Assembly: GCA_963766735.1 (NCBI GenBank)
Contig: CAVYBU010000008.1
Coordinates: forward strand, 64,001-128,000
Source of the DNA: an uncultured Chloroflexia bacterium
GTDB taxonomy: Bacteria; Chloroflexota; Limnocylindria; Limnocylindrales; CSP1-4
Direction of reading: 5' to 3'
Length of the DNA: 64,000 nucleotides
Under the pieces are notes generated by a model. It had not been told where the DNA came from. It ran no database searches and saw nothing but the letters and a program-made list of their open reading frames with translations. Positions 49,143-58,037 of this stretch are shown in pieces. Each line of letters begins with the position of its first letter. Position 1 is the first letter of the stretch. The position numbers were made by a program, and so were the translations under genes.

Positions 49143-49475
49143 ATGGACCCCCGCACGTTCACTCCAGACTGGCGCGAGATCGTCACGTACGCCGCCCCCG
49201 GCCCGCAGCCGGCGCTGCTCGTGGACGAGGATGACCTCAAGGTGCTCGTGGGCGGCCTCGAGCCGGGGGGCATGATCCCGCCCCACCCCGAGCGACGCGC
49301 GGTCTACCACGCGCTCGAGGGCGAGGGCGTGTTCCGCCTGGACGGCGCGGCGCTCGAGTTCCGGGCGGGTGCCGTGGTCGTCGCGCCGGCAGGCTCGACT
49401 CGCGGGATCGAGGCGGTGACCCGGCTGGCCTTCCTCGCCGTGCGGATCGGAGCCCCCCTGGACGCCGGCGGCTGA
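49143..49475 (+). CDS. Cupin-domain protein
   Basis: LEPGGMIPPH, ALEGEG, VVVAPAGSTRGIEA; AAGGAG RBS. Confidence 0.85.
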   Translation: MDPRTFTPDWREIVTYAAPGPQPALLVDEDDLKVLVGGLEPGGMIPPHPERRAVYHALEGEGVFRLDGAALEFRAGAVVVAPAGSTRGIEAVTRLAFLAVRIGAPLDAGG

Positions 49476-49619
49476 TCGCCACCGGCCGCTCGGCGACCGC
49501 TGAGCGCCGCGCCGCACATTCGCTCCGCCGCCGCGTCGCCCTGCCGCCCTACAATCGACCCTGGGTGAACCGTCTGCGTGGCGGTCCGGAGCCCATCTCC
49601 GCACGAGGGGTCCTGCACG

Positions 49620-49949
49620 ATGATCGATCCGGAGCTCGAAGCCGAGCGCGACGGGCTGAACAACTACCCGGTGGCGTTCCTCCAGAACCTGATCGACAAC
49701 GGCGAGGGCTGGCAGGCCGAGGGAGCGCTGGGACGGGCAATCGTCAACGCGCTCGAGGACGGTCGCTGCGTCCTCGGTCCCGTCGCACACCATGACTACC
49801 ACGGCAGGGTGGTGCCGGCGCGCAAGGACGTCGCCGCGGGCGACAAGGGCAGCCTCGAGTATGCGAACCGCCTTCGGGCCGAGCGTGGTGAGCCGCAGCT
49901 CCTCGAGGGCGCGGACGGGACGATCTCGGTCGAGACGGCCCCCGCCTAG
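49620..49949 (+). CDS. Hypothetical protein
   Basis: 109 aa, high third-position GC, GAGGGG RBS, TACAAT upstream. Confidence 0.7.
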   Translation: MIDPELEAERDGLNNYPVAFLQNLIDNGEGWQAEGALGRAIVNALEDGRCVLGPVAHHDYHGRVVPARKDVAAGDKGSLEYANRLRAERGEPQLLEGADGTISVETAPA

Positions 49950-49980
49950 CTCCGCGCTCCCGCCGGGGTTGCCCGGCGCC

Positions 49981-50898
49981 CTAGACCGTGACCTCGCCCA
50001 GCGCGTCGCGCAGCTCCGAGTACGCCTCCAGGCAGAGATCCGCGGGGTCCATGGACCGGACCTGGACGCAGACATGGTCGGCGCCCGCGTCCAGGTGCTC
50101 GCGGACCCGGCGGGCGATCGCAGTGGCATTGCCCTGTGCGATCACAGCGTCCAGGAGCCGATCGCTGCCGCCGCCCGCGATGTCCTCGTCGGACCAGCCG
50201 AGACGGCGAAGGTTGTTCGCGTAGTTGACAGCGGCCAGGTAGCGCGTCGCGAAGGCCCGGGCCGTCTCTCGCGCCCGTGCCGGGTCTGAGTCCAGGACGG
50301 CCGTGAGCTCCACCGCGAGGACTGGATCCCGGCCAATCCGCTCGCGAGCGAAACGCGTGTGCTCGACCGGGACGAAGTACGGGTGGGCGCCGTCGGTGCG
50401 TTCAGCGGCCAGATCCAGCATCCGCGGTCCGAGGGCCGCCAGGATCACAGGGGGCCGGTCTGGCAGCTCAGGACCGGCCCATGCGGCGGCGTCCATGGCA
50501 TCCAGGTAGGCCGTCATCGTCTCGATCGGACGTCCATAGGTGCCACCGCGTGCGGCAACGGACGGGGCGTGGCTCACGCCGATCCCCAGGACGAACCGGC
50601 CGGGGTACGCCTCGGCAAGTGTCCGGGCGCCGCTGATCATGGCGGCCGCGTCGCGTGCGTAGATGCTGGCGATGCCCGTGGCGATCACCATGCGCGGGCT
50701 TGCGGCCAGGAGCAGCGCCGCGTGCGCGAGCGCCTCCTTGCTGCCGATGCTCTCCGGGAACCAGGTGGCTGCGTAGCCGAGGCCCTCATACGCCGAGACG
50801 GCCGCCTGCCCGTCCACAGCGCGATTTGCCTGCAGGCCGAAGCTCCAGACCCCGACCCCGCCGAGGGCTGCGCGAAGAGTGTCCTGTCGTGTCGTCAT
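49981..50898 (-). CDS. LLM-class F420-dependent oxidoreductase (TIGR03620-like)
   Basis: GVGVW, IATGIASIYARD, GRFVLGIGVSH, LAALGPRML, GAHPYF, HLDAGADHVCVQ. Confidence 0.9.
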   Translation of the reverse strand: MTTRQDTLRAALGGVGVWSFGLQANRAVDGQAAVSAYEGLGYAATWFPESIGSKEALAHAALLLAASPRMVIATGIASIYARDAAAMISGARTLAEAYPGRFVLGIGVSHAPSVAARGGTYGRPIETMTAYLDAMDAAAWAGPELPDRPPVILAALGPRMLDLAAERTDGAHPYFVPVEHTRFARERIGRDPVLAVELTAVLDSDPARARETARAFATRYLAAVNYANNLRRLGWSDEDIAGGGSDRLLDAVIAQGNATAIARRVREHLDAGADHVCVQVRSMDPADLCLEAYSELRDALGEVTV

Positions 50899-50968
50899 GA
50901 CACGGAGTCTAGCCGGGGGCGCGCGATGCGGCCCCCCGGGCTCGCAGGCTGGAGGCGCCGCAGGTGAG

Positions 50969-51283
50969 CTACTGCTCCGGGTGGACCCGCTCGACGTCGA
51001 TCGCACGGACCCGGCGCGACCGTCCCTCGTCCGTCTTGACGGTGGCGGAGGGGATGACGCCCATGGCCAGCGCCGTGACGACGGCCAGCTCGCCGGCGTA
51101 CAGGCCCGCGCCGCCGATCCGAACGCGGTCGCCCACGGAGAGGTCGTTTCGACCTTCAAGCGCGGTCATGTCGATCGTGGTTGCCGGCGTTCGATTGCTC
51201 CTCGGGTCGCCGGGGGCCAGGGGGTTCCGCCCGCCCTTGGTGGCGGTCTTCGCCACCGGGTAGTTCACCTTGCGTTTGCGCAC
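50969..51283 (-). CDS. Hypothetical protein with basic N-terminus and KOW/SH3-like C-terminal domain
   Basis: LSVGDRVRIGGAGLYAGELAVV pattern; GAGGT RBS upstream. Confidence 0.65.
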   Translation of the reverse strand: MRKRKVNYPVAKTATKGGRNPLAPGDPRSNRTPATTIDMTALEGRNDLSVGDRVRIGGAGLYAGELAVVTALAMGVIPSATVKTDEGRSRRVRAIDVERVHPEQ

Positions 51284-51497
51284 TGCGGTTGTCAGACCTC
51301 GCTACGGGAGATGGGCGGCACGAGCCGCGCGATCCCTGGATCGGCCCGCATGGACCGCCAGGACATGGTTGAGCACGTCGCGCAGGCTGGTCGTCATCGT
51401 ACCGATGACGGGGTCCCCTGCGCCGGAGTGCAGGGACAGGGTATCCGACGCGGCGTCGTGCACCGAATCGGCGGTGGGAATCCAGTCGCCTGCGCCG

Positions 51498-52637
51498 TCA
51501 GGGCGGCGCTGCGACCGGCAGGCGGACCTCGAAACGTGCTCCCGCACCCGGCTCGTTCGCTGCCGTCACTGTCCCGCCCTGAGCTTCCACCAGCGACCTG
51601 GCGATCGCCAGCCCGAGGCCGGACGTCCCGGTCGAGCGGTCGCGCGACTCGTCGGCCTGGTAGAAGCGGTCGAAGACGTGTGCGAGGTCCGCTTCCGCAA
51701 CGCCGGGCCCGGAGTCCACGACCGCCAGCACCGACCAGGCGCCCTCGGCGCGCGCCTCCAGCTTCACCCAGCCCCCCGTGGGCGCGTGGCGCAGCGCGTT
51801 GTCCACGAGGGCTGACAGGACCTGGCGCAGGCGATCCGGATCTGCGACCACGACCGGCGCACCCACGGTCCGGGAGGTCACGGTGATCGCCGCGACGGTC
51901 GCTCGAGGCTGCATGTCGCGCGCGATGGCGTCAAGGAGCGCGTCCACGTCCATGCGCTCGCGCCGGAGCGGCAGCGTGCCGGCATCGGCCAGGCTCACGG
52001 TGCGCAGGTCGTCCACGATCCGTCCCAGGAGCCGCGACTGGGTGCGGATCGTCTCCAGGTGAAGGTCGTCGTGGGGATAGACGCCATCCAGGACCGCGGA
52101 GGTCGTCGCGTCGATGACGGCGAGCGGCGTCTTGAGCTCATGGGCCGCGTCCTGGAAGAACCGGCGACGCGTCGTCTCGGCCGCCTGCAGCTCCGCGGCC
52201 ATGCCGTCGAACGAGCGCCCGAGCGAGCCGATCTCGTCCCTGCGGTCGCCCAGCCCAGAGCGTACTTCGGTCCGGCCGCGGGCGATCTCCGCCGCGGCGT
52301 GCTCCAGCCGGCCGAGCGGGCGCGTCATCCGCGTCGCCAGGAAGACTCCGAGCAGGGACGCCACGATCGCGGCCACCGCGGCGACCGCGATGATCGTCTC
52401 CGTGGTCTCCTGCTGGACCTGAGCGGCGTGCTGCCCACCCATGCCCGCGCCCGCGCCGCCGCCGCGCCCGGCGCCGATCCCTCCGCCCATGCCACCGCCC
52501 ACGGCGCCTGCTGCCGGGTCGGCCTGCATGGCCGCGAAGCCGCGGCCGACGATCGTGGGCGCGGTGAGCGCGATTGCGACCGCGGTGAGGATGGCCACCA
52601 GCGCGAACGCTGCCGCCAGCCGGGTGCGGAGGCTCAC
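51498..52637 (-). CDS. Sensor histidine kinase (HAMP-HisKA-HATPase, BaeS-like)
   Basis: Two TMs, HAMP, AHELKTPL, LVDNALRH, DSGPG, FDRFY, GLGLAIA. Confidence 0.95.
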   Translation of the reverse strand: MSLRTRLAAAFALVAILTAVAIALTAPTIVGRGFAAMQADPAAGAVGGGMGGGIGAGRGGGAGAGMGGQHAAQVQQETTETIIAVAAVAAIVASLLGVFLATRMTRPLGRLEHAAAEIARGRTEVRSGLGDRRDEIGSLGRSFDGMAAELQAAETTRRRFFQDAAHELKTPLAVIDATTSAVLDGVYPHDDLHLETIRTQSRLLGRIVDDLRTVSLADAGTLPLRRERMDVDALLDAIARDMQPRATVAAITVTSRTVGAPVVVADPDRLRQVLSALVDNALRHAPTGGWVKLEARAEGAWSVLAVVDSGPGVAEADLAHVFDRFYQADESRDRSTGTSGLGLAIARSLVEAQGGTVTAANEPGAGARFEVRLPVAAPP

Positions 52638-53362
52638 TGCCGCGCTCCCCGGTAGCCCACGCCACGGACAGTCTCCACGTACGGCGCCCCGGCGGACCGC
52701 GTCCCGAGCTTGTGGCGGAGGTTCTTGACGTGGCTGTCGATCGTGCGGTCGAAGGCGTCGAAGGTCTCGCCGAAGACCCGCTCGCCCAGCTGCTCGCGCG
52801 TGAGAGCGGTGCCGGGATGGGTGGCGAAGGTCACGAGCAGGTCGAACTCGGCTCTGGTCAGCGGGATCACCTCGCCGTCGCCCCGGCTGACCTCGCGGGC
52901 CGCCCGATCGATCTCCAGGTCGAGCCAGCGCTCGGACGTCGCGCTGGTCTCCGCAGGCTCGGGCGAGCGCGCTGTGCCCGTCGGGCCGAGGCGGCGGAGC
53001 ACGGCCCCGACCCGGGCCGCCAGCTCGCGGGGCTCGAACGGCTTGGTGACGTAGTCATCCGCGCCGATCTCCAGGCCTGCCACACGGTCGATGACGTCGT
53101 CGCGGGCGGTCAGCATGATCACGGCGGCTCCGCTGCCGCTCGCACGAAGCTCCCTGAGCACCTCGAAGCCGGACCGGCGGGGGAGCATCACGTCCAGCAC
53201 CACCAGGTCCGGCACGGTCTCGCGGGCCAGCTCCAGCGCCGTCTCGCCGTCCGCCGCCGTCACGACGTCATGGCCGTCCCGAACCAGGTAGGCGCGGACG
53301 ACCTCAACGATATGCGGCTCGTCATCGACGACGAGGATCCTCGACATGATTGGCTCCGACAT
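52634..53362 (-). CDS. OmpR/PhoB-family response regulator
   Basis: ILVVDDE, LDVMLP, MLTAR, GADDYVTKPF, RTIDSHVKNLR, TVRGVGY. Confidence 0.95.
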   Translation of the reverse strand: MSEPIMSRILVVDDEPHIVEVVRAYLVRDGHDVVTAADGETALELARETVPDLVVLDVMLPRRSGFEVLRELRASGSGAAVIMLTARDDVIDRVAGLEIGADDYVTKPFEPRELAARVGAVLRRLGPTGTARSPEPAETSATSERWLDLEIDRAAREVSRGDGEVIPLTRAEFDLLVTFATHPGTALTREQLGERVFGETFDAFDRTIDSHVKNLRHKLGTRSAGAPYVETVRGVGYRGARQ

Positions 53363-53418
53363 GACGGGACGGCCGGGACCGGGCTGGTCCGGGCCGTCCC
53401 CATTCTCGGCGTTCTCCG

Positions 53419-53967
53419 CTACGGCGTCGTGCCGGTCCCGGGCACGACGCCGGTGCAGGTCCCGTTGCCGGCCCCACGCATCCCGCTCATGCCACCACCG
53501 TAGGTGCCACGACCGTTGAGGCCGCGGCCGGCGCCCATCCCGCCACCGTCCATCCCACGACCGGCGCCGATGGCCGCGCCCCGCATGCCGCCCGGCGCTG
53601 CCTGGTTGACCATGGACTTCGCCTGGACCGCCAGGTTCGCCTTGAGCGCGGTTGCCTGGTCGGCCGTGAGCGCGCCAGCGGCGACGCGGGCGTCGATCCG
53701 CGCGCTCCACTGGGCAACGAGCGCGTCGATCAGCTCCTGGGGATCGACCTTCTGCTGCTCTGCGATCTGGGCCAGCGTGAGGCCGTCGTGCCGCAGCTCC
53801 ATCACCTGCGCGGAGGTGAGCCCCAGGATCTCCGTGAGTGCCTGGTCGCGGGCGACCGGGCCGCCCATGCCCATGCGAGTCGGGGCGGGCGAGGCCGCGG
53901 AGACGGCTGCGGCCACGGCAAGGATCGCGAGTGCCGCGATCGAGAGGGAGATGGCGAGTCGTCGCAT
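53419..53967 (-). CDS. Secreted helical protein with Gly/Met-rich tail
   Basis: Signal peptide ending AVSA; LGLTSAQVMELRHDGLTLAQIAEQQKVD...AGALTADQA; GGAGG RBS. Confidence 0.8.
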   Translation of the reverse strand: MRRLAISLSIAALAILAVAAAVSAASPAPTRMGMGGPVARDQALTEILGLTSAQVMELRHDGLTLAQIAEQQKVDPQELIDALVAQWSARIDARVAAGALTADQATALKANLAVQAKSMVNQAAPGGMRGAAIGAGRGMDGGGMGAGRGLNGRGTYGGGMSGMRGAGNGTCTGVVPGTGTTP

Positions 53968-54056
53968 CGGGTTTGTGGCCTCCCGGCCGATAGGGTCGCG
54001 GCCGGCGGACCGGCGACACCACTCTCGGCGTCGGTTCAGATCCTCGGGCGCATCCG

Positions 54057-54094
54057 TGGAGGCGGGATGGAGCCTGCGTGGAGGCTGCGCGGAG
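54057..54094 (-). promoter_or_regulatory. Four 11-bp-phased direct repeats (CTCCA on minus strand), candidate OmpR-family binding site
   Basis: TGGAG at 54057, 54068, 54079 and CGGAG at 54090; upstream of the secreted protein-RR-HK operon. Confidence 0.65.
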
Positions 54095-54103
54095 ACCGCA
54101 GCG

Positions 54104-54687
54104 TCAGGTGGGACAGGCTCCACCGCGTATGCGCAGCCGGATCCGCCACGCCGCCGTCACGGCCAGCAGCACGAGCGACGCGGCGCCCAGGATGGGTTGC
54201 AGCGGGGCCCAGATCGAGAGGGCGCCGCTCCAGCCGAGCAGCACCAGGGCGATCTTGTTGCACACCGGGCAGCCGATCGCGAGAAAGGCACCCACGCCGC
54301 CGATCGTGCCGAGCGTCGAGGACCGGCGCTCCTCGTCCGGCCGGACGGGCTGAAGGGGCTGGAGGGAAGCGATCCGGCAGGCTGCAGCGCTCCGGTAGAT
54401 TGCAGGCCACCAGCGGGCTGCACGCCCCCAATGGGAGCGAACTGCAGGGGCTGCGCACGTGCGGCGGGCAGCGGGGCGGTGTAGGTCGCTCCGACGATCC
54501 CGATCAGCGGCGAGGACAGGAGCCAGACGGCGATCGCGAACGCCTCCGGCGGGATCTGGCGCCCGAACACGGGGTTCGGGATGATGGCCGTCACCATCCC
54601 GTAGCCGACGAACGCGACCAGGGTCCACGCGAGCGCGTGGAGCCGGAAGCGCCCGTCGATCACGAGCGGACAGGAGCGGGGTAGCAC
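54104..54687 (-). pseudogene. Membrane protein with GCPVCNK motif, frameshifted near 54364-54366 (true lesion or sequencing indel)
   Basis: N-half TAIIPNPVFGRQIP in ORF 54157-54687; C-half FLAIGCPVCNKIAL...GGACPT ending 54104; adding one base to the G3 run joins them; start may be GTG 54663. Confidence 0.8.
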
Positions 54688-54709
54688 GATCCGGCCTCCG
54701 GGAGCTCGG

Positions 54710-55213
54710 TCAGCCGGCGACCGAAGCGGTGGCGGGCGTGGGGTCGTGGTGCGGGCCTTCGACCAGGACGTCGCCGGACTCCTCGGCGCCCGTGACCGCG
54801 TCGATCAGGAGGTATCCGTGGTGGATCTCCACGGCGCCACTGGCGAGCGTGGCCCCCACGGCGCAGTACTTCGTGGCGGAGAGCTCGATCGCCCGGCGAA
54901 CCGCGTCGACGTCCACGCCGGTTCCCTCGACGACGTGCGTGACGTCCAGGCGGGTGAACGCGTTCGGGTGGGCATCCATCTGCGTGCCGCCGACCTCGAT
55001 CCGGTAGCCGCTGACGTCCTGGCGCTTCTTGCGCAGGATCGAGATGACATCCATGCCGGTGCAGCTGGCCAGCGCGATGGGGAGGAGCTCGGACGGGCGC
55101 ATGCCGGCGTCGCCCTCGCCGCTGTCAAGGACGATCGAGTGGCCGCTTCCGGCGCTGGCGCTGAAACGGAGGCCGTCGCCCTCGAGGGTGACGATCGCGG
55201 TCTTGAGGGCCAT
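54710..55213 (-). CDS. OsmC/YhfA-family protein
   Basis: RPSELLPIALASCTGMDVISILRKKRQ, AIELSATKYCAV. Confidence 0.92.
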   Translation of the reverse strand: MALKTAIVTLEGDGLRFSASAGSGHSIVLDSGEGDAGMRPSELLPIALASCTGMDVISILRKKRQDVSGYRIEVGGTQMDAHPNAFTRLDVTHVVEGTGVDVDAVRRAIELSATKYCAVGATLASGAVEIHHGYLLIDAVTGAEESGDVLVEGPHHDPTPATASVAG

Positions 55214-55297
55214 GGGTATGACTCCGGGCTGGGCGGTCGTTGTCTCCGACCGGGGTTCTGGGTACTGGTCAACGGGCCGCTGGGACAACCATACGCG

Positions 55298-55319
55298 TAG
55301 TTGCGCAATTTCGCAACTA
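55298..55319. promoter_or_regulatory. Inverted repeat TAGTTGCG-N6-CGCAACTA, candidate repressor operator
   Basis: Perfect 8-bp arms, AT-rich, between divergent OsmC and mmuM genes. Confidence 0.65.
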
Positions 55320-55429
55320 GAGCGACGGGCACGGCTGGCGGCTGCGAGCGTGGTTTCCGGCATTGCCGGGGTTGCGCCCGCGCGGGCGCGAGGCGTCGCC
55401 CTGCCGGAGGTGGCACGATCGGCCTCGAC

Positions 55430-56371
55430 ATGGATGCCACCCACCTCCGCAGCGTGCTCGCCACCGGCCATCCCGTGCCCCTCGACGGCGGCCTTGCCAC
55501 CCAGCTCGAGGCGCAGGGCGCCGACCTGTCCGACCGCCTCTGGTCTGCACGCCTGCTGATCGAGGAGCCGGAGGCGATCACCGCGGCGCACCTCGCCTTC
55601 TACCGGGCCGGCGCCCGGGTCGCGACCACGGCCAGCTACCAGGCCACGTTCGAGGGGTTCGCGGCGCGGGGGATCGACCGTACCTCGGCCGAGGCGTTGC
55701 TGAGGCGGAGCGTGGCCCTGGCGGTGGAGGCGCGGGCGCGATACCTCACGGAGCTCGAGGGAAGAGGGCTTGCGGAGCAGGCTCCGCTGTTCGTCGCGGG
55801 GTCCATCGGTCCGTACGGCGCCATGCTCGCGGACGGCTCCGAGTACCGCGGCAACTACGGACGATCGGTGGCCGAGCTGGGCGAGTTTCATCGCGCCCGT
55901 CTGGACGTGCTCGTGGACACGTCCGCGGACGTGCTGGCGGTCGAGACCATCCCGGAGCTGGAGGAGATCGAGGCGGTCGCGGCGCTGCTCTCCGACCGGC
56001 CGGCCGCCGCGGCCTGGATCAGCGTCTCCTGTTCGGACGGGGCCAGGCTCCGCGGCGGCGCCACCGTGGAGGAGGCCACCCTGGCTGCGGCGGCATCGGC
56101 AGGCGTCGTGGCGGTCGGGGTCAACTGCACGCCCCCGGTCTTCGTGGAGGAGATCGTGGCGAGGATGCGGGCGGTGACAGCGCTCCCGATCGTCGCCTAC
56201 CCGAACAGCGGTGAGGGCTGGGACGCGTCGGCGCGGCGCTGGACCGGGGCCGCATCCGAGCGGGTCGATGCGACGGCCGCCACCCGCTGGCGCGCGGCCG
56301 GGGCCACGCTCGTTGGCGGCTGCTGCCGCGTGACTCCGGACCAGATCACCGCGCTCGTCGCGGGGCTCTGA
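55430..56371 (+). CDS. mmuM: Homocysteine S-methyltransferase
   Basis: LDGGLATQLE, LWSARLL, TTASYQAT, GPYGAMLADGSEYRG, ETIP, GVNC, YPNSGE, GGCC. Confidence 0.95.
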   Translation: MDATHLRSVLATGHPVPLDGGLATQLEAQGADLSDRLWSARLLIEEPEAITAAHLAFYRAGARVATTASYQATFEGFAARGIDRTSAEALLRRSVALAVEARARYLTELEGRGLAEQAPLFVAGSIGPYGAMLADGSEYRGNYGRSVAELGEFHRARLDVLVDTSADVLAVETIPELEEIEAVAALLSDRPAAAAWISVSCSDGARLRGGATVEEATLAAAASAGVVAVGVNCTPPVFVEEIVARMRAVTALPIVAYPNSGEGWDASARRWTGAASERVDATAATRWRAAGATLVGGCCRVTPDQITALVAGL

Positions 56372-56492
56372 CGCTCGCGCGGGCCCGCTCCGACGCACCC
56401 GCCGGGCACGGCAGCACCAATCGGCGCAGTCGGGTGACAATGGGCGTCGTTCAGCCACCGTCCACCACCCGTCCCACAGGAGGTCAGCCAGC

Positions 56493-57155
56493 GTGATCCG
56501 TGGCCTCGCGTCCCTCGCCCTGATCCTGGTCGTCGCGGGTTGCGGCGGGTCATCGGCCAACCCTGCCGCCAGCGGTCCCGCTGCCTCGCCTCTGCCCGCG
56601 GGCACCTACACGTCGTCGGCGTTCCAGCCGCCGGTCAGCTACACCCTGCCCGATGGGTGGACGCTCGCCTCGGACACCGCTGGATATCTGCAGCTCCACC
56701 CCGTTGAGACCGATCTGATGGGCCTTCACCTCTTCCGGGACGTCCTCGCCGCGTCGCAGGATCCCTCCTGCCCCACGACCCCCGAGCCCGGCGTCGGCAC
56801 GACCTCATCGGAGCTCGTGACATGGATGCGCAGCCTCCCGGGCCTGTCGGTTGGAGCACCCGTGATGGTCACCGTGGGCGGGTTGCGCGGGACCGCGGTT
56901 GACGTCGCGATTGCCCCCGGCTGGACCCAGTCGTGCTCGTTTGCCAACGGTCTCCCGACGGTGCCGCTTCTCACCAACGGAGCGGACCTGCGATGGGTCG
57001 TGGCCGGAAGCGAGCGCCTCCGCCTGTACGTGCTCGACCTGCCCGACGGCGGGACCGTGATCGCGGACCTGGACGCGTTCGACGGTGACCTGTACGGCCC
57101 CCTCATCAACGCCGGGGTGCCGATCGTGAAGTCGCTCCAGTTCGCGACCGGGTGA
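56493..57155 (+). CDS. Hypothetical lipoprotein
   Basis: Lipobox VVAGC; AGGAGG RBS; beta-rich domain with two further Cys. Confidence 0.8.
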   Translation: MIRGLASLALILVVAGCGGSSANPAASGPAASPLPAGTYTSSAFQPPVSYTLPDGWTLASDTAGYLQLHPVETDLMGLHLFRDVLAASQDPSCPTTPEPGVGTTSSELVTWMRSLPGLSVGAPVMVTVGGLRGTAVDVAIAPGWTQSCSFANGLPTVPLLTNGADLRWVVAGSERLRLYVLDLPDGGTVIADLDAFDGDLYGPLINAGVPIVKSLQFATG

Positions 57156-57871
57156 GCGGCGCGGCGATGGGCATCAACGGCCGTGTGCTGGCGCTCGTCC
57201 CGGGGTACGAGGAAGGTCCGCGGATCGGTACCGTGGTGGAGGCGGCGCTGCAGCACCTACCCGTGCTGGTCGTGGACGACGGCTCGACCGACGACACGGC
57301 GGCCGCCGCAGAGGCCGCGGGCGCGGAGGTCATCCGCCAGAGCCCGAACCAGGGCAAGGGGGCGGCGCTCCGTGCCGGCTTCCGGCACGCGCTGGACGCC
57401 GGCTACGACGCGGTCCTCACCCTCGACGCCGATGGGCAGCACGACCCGGACGAGATCCCGCGGTTCATCGCCGCATTCGGCGCCTCGGGCCGCCCCGGCG
57501 CCTCGGGCCCCCGCCCAGAGCTGATCATCGGCTGCCGCGACTTCTCGCGGATGCCGGCCGTGCGGCGGCTGTCCAACACGGTGGGCACGGCCGCCTTCTC
57601 CTGGGCGGTGGGTCGTCAGGTGCCGGACAACCAGTCGGGGTACCGGCTCCTGGGCCGGCGACTGATGACCGCGATGCTGGACAGCCACGAGACGGGTTTC
57701 GAGTTCGAGGTGGAGATGATCGCCGTCTGCATCCGCAGCGGCTGGACGCTGGGCTGGGTGCCGATCTCGACGATCTACGCGGGAGCCCCGAGCCACGTGA
57801 AGCCGGTGGCGCACCTCCGGCACTTCATCCGGGCCACCAGGGCGGCACGCAGGCTGGTCCGCCGTCCGTGA
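57152..57871 (+). CDS. GT2 glycosyltransferase (DPM1-like)
   Basis: VVDDGSTDDT, NQGKGAAL, LDADGQH, DNQSGYR, FEFEVEM; ATG 57167 is an alternative start. Confidence 0.92.
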   Translation: MSGAAMGINGRVLALVPGYEEGPRIGTVVEAALQHLPVLVVDDGSTDDTAAAAEAAGAEVIRQSPNQGKGAALRAGFRHALDAGYDAVLTLDADGQHDPDEIPRFIAAFGASGRPGASGPRPELIIGCRDFSRMPAVRRLSNTVGTAAFSWAVGRQVPDNQSGYRLLGRRLMTAMLDSHETGFEFEVEMIAVCIRSGWTLGWVPISTIYAGAPSHVKPVAHLRHFIRATRAARRLVRRP

Positions 57872-58037
57872 GCCGGGAGGCGGGCAACCCGTGCCCGCGC
57901 CGCCCTCCACCTCGAATGTGCCTCGGGACCCTGTGCATAAGGCAACTTCACCCGCCCTCCACCCGGACTGAAGCCTCAGGCCTCATGCTTCGTGGTGCCG
58001 ACCTTGTCCCGGCGTGTGCCGCGAACCCGAAAGACGA

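Noticed and set aside
51302-51547. 81-aa ORF between the kinase and the KOW-like gene
   Set aside because: Overlaps the kinase 3' end, no motif, no clear RBS
55214-55429. SAM riboswitch upstream of mmuM
   Set aside because: No SAM-I or SAM-IV conserved elements recognised; only an operator-like palindrome
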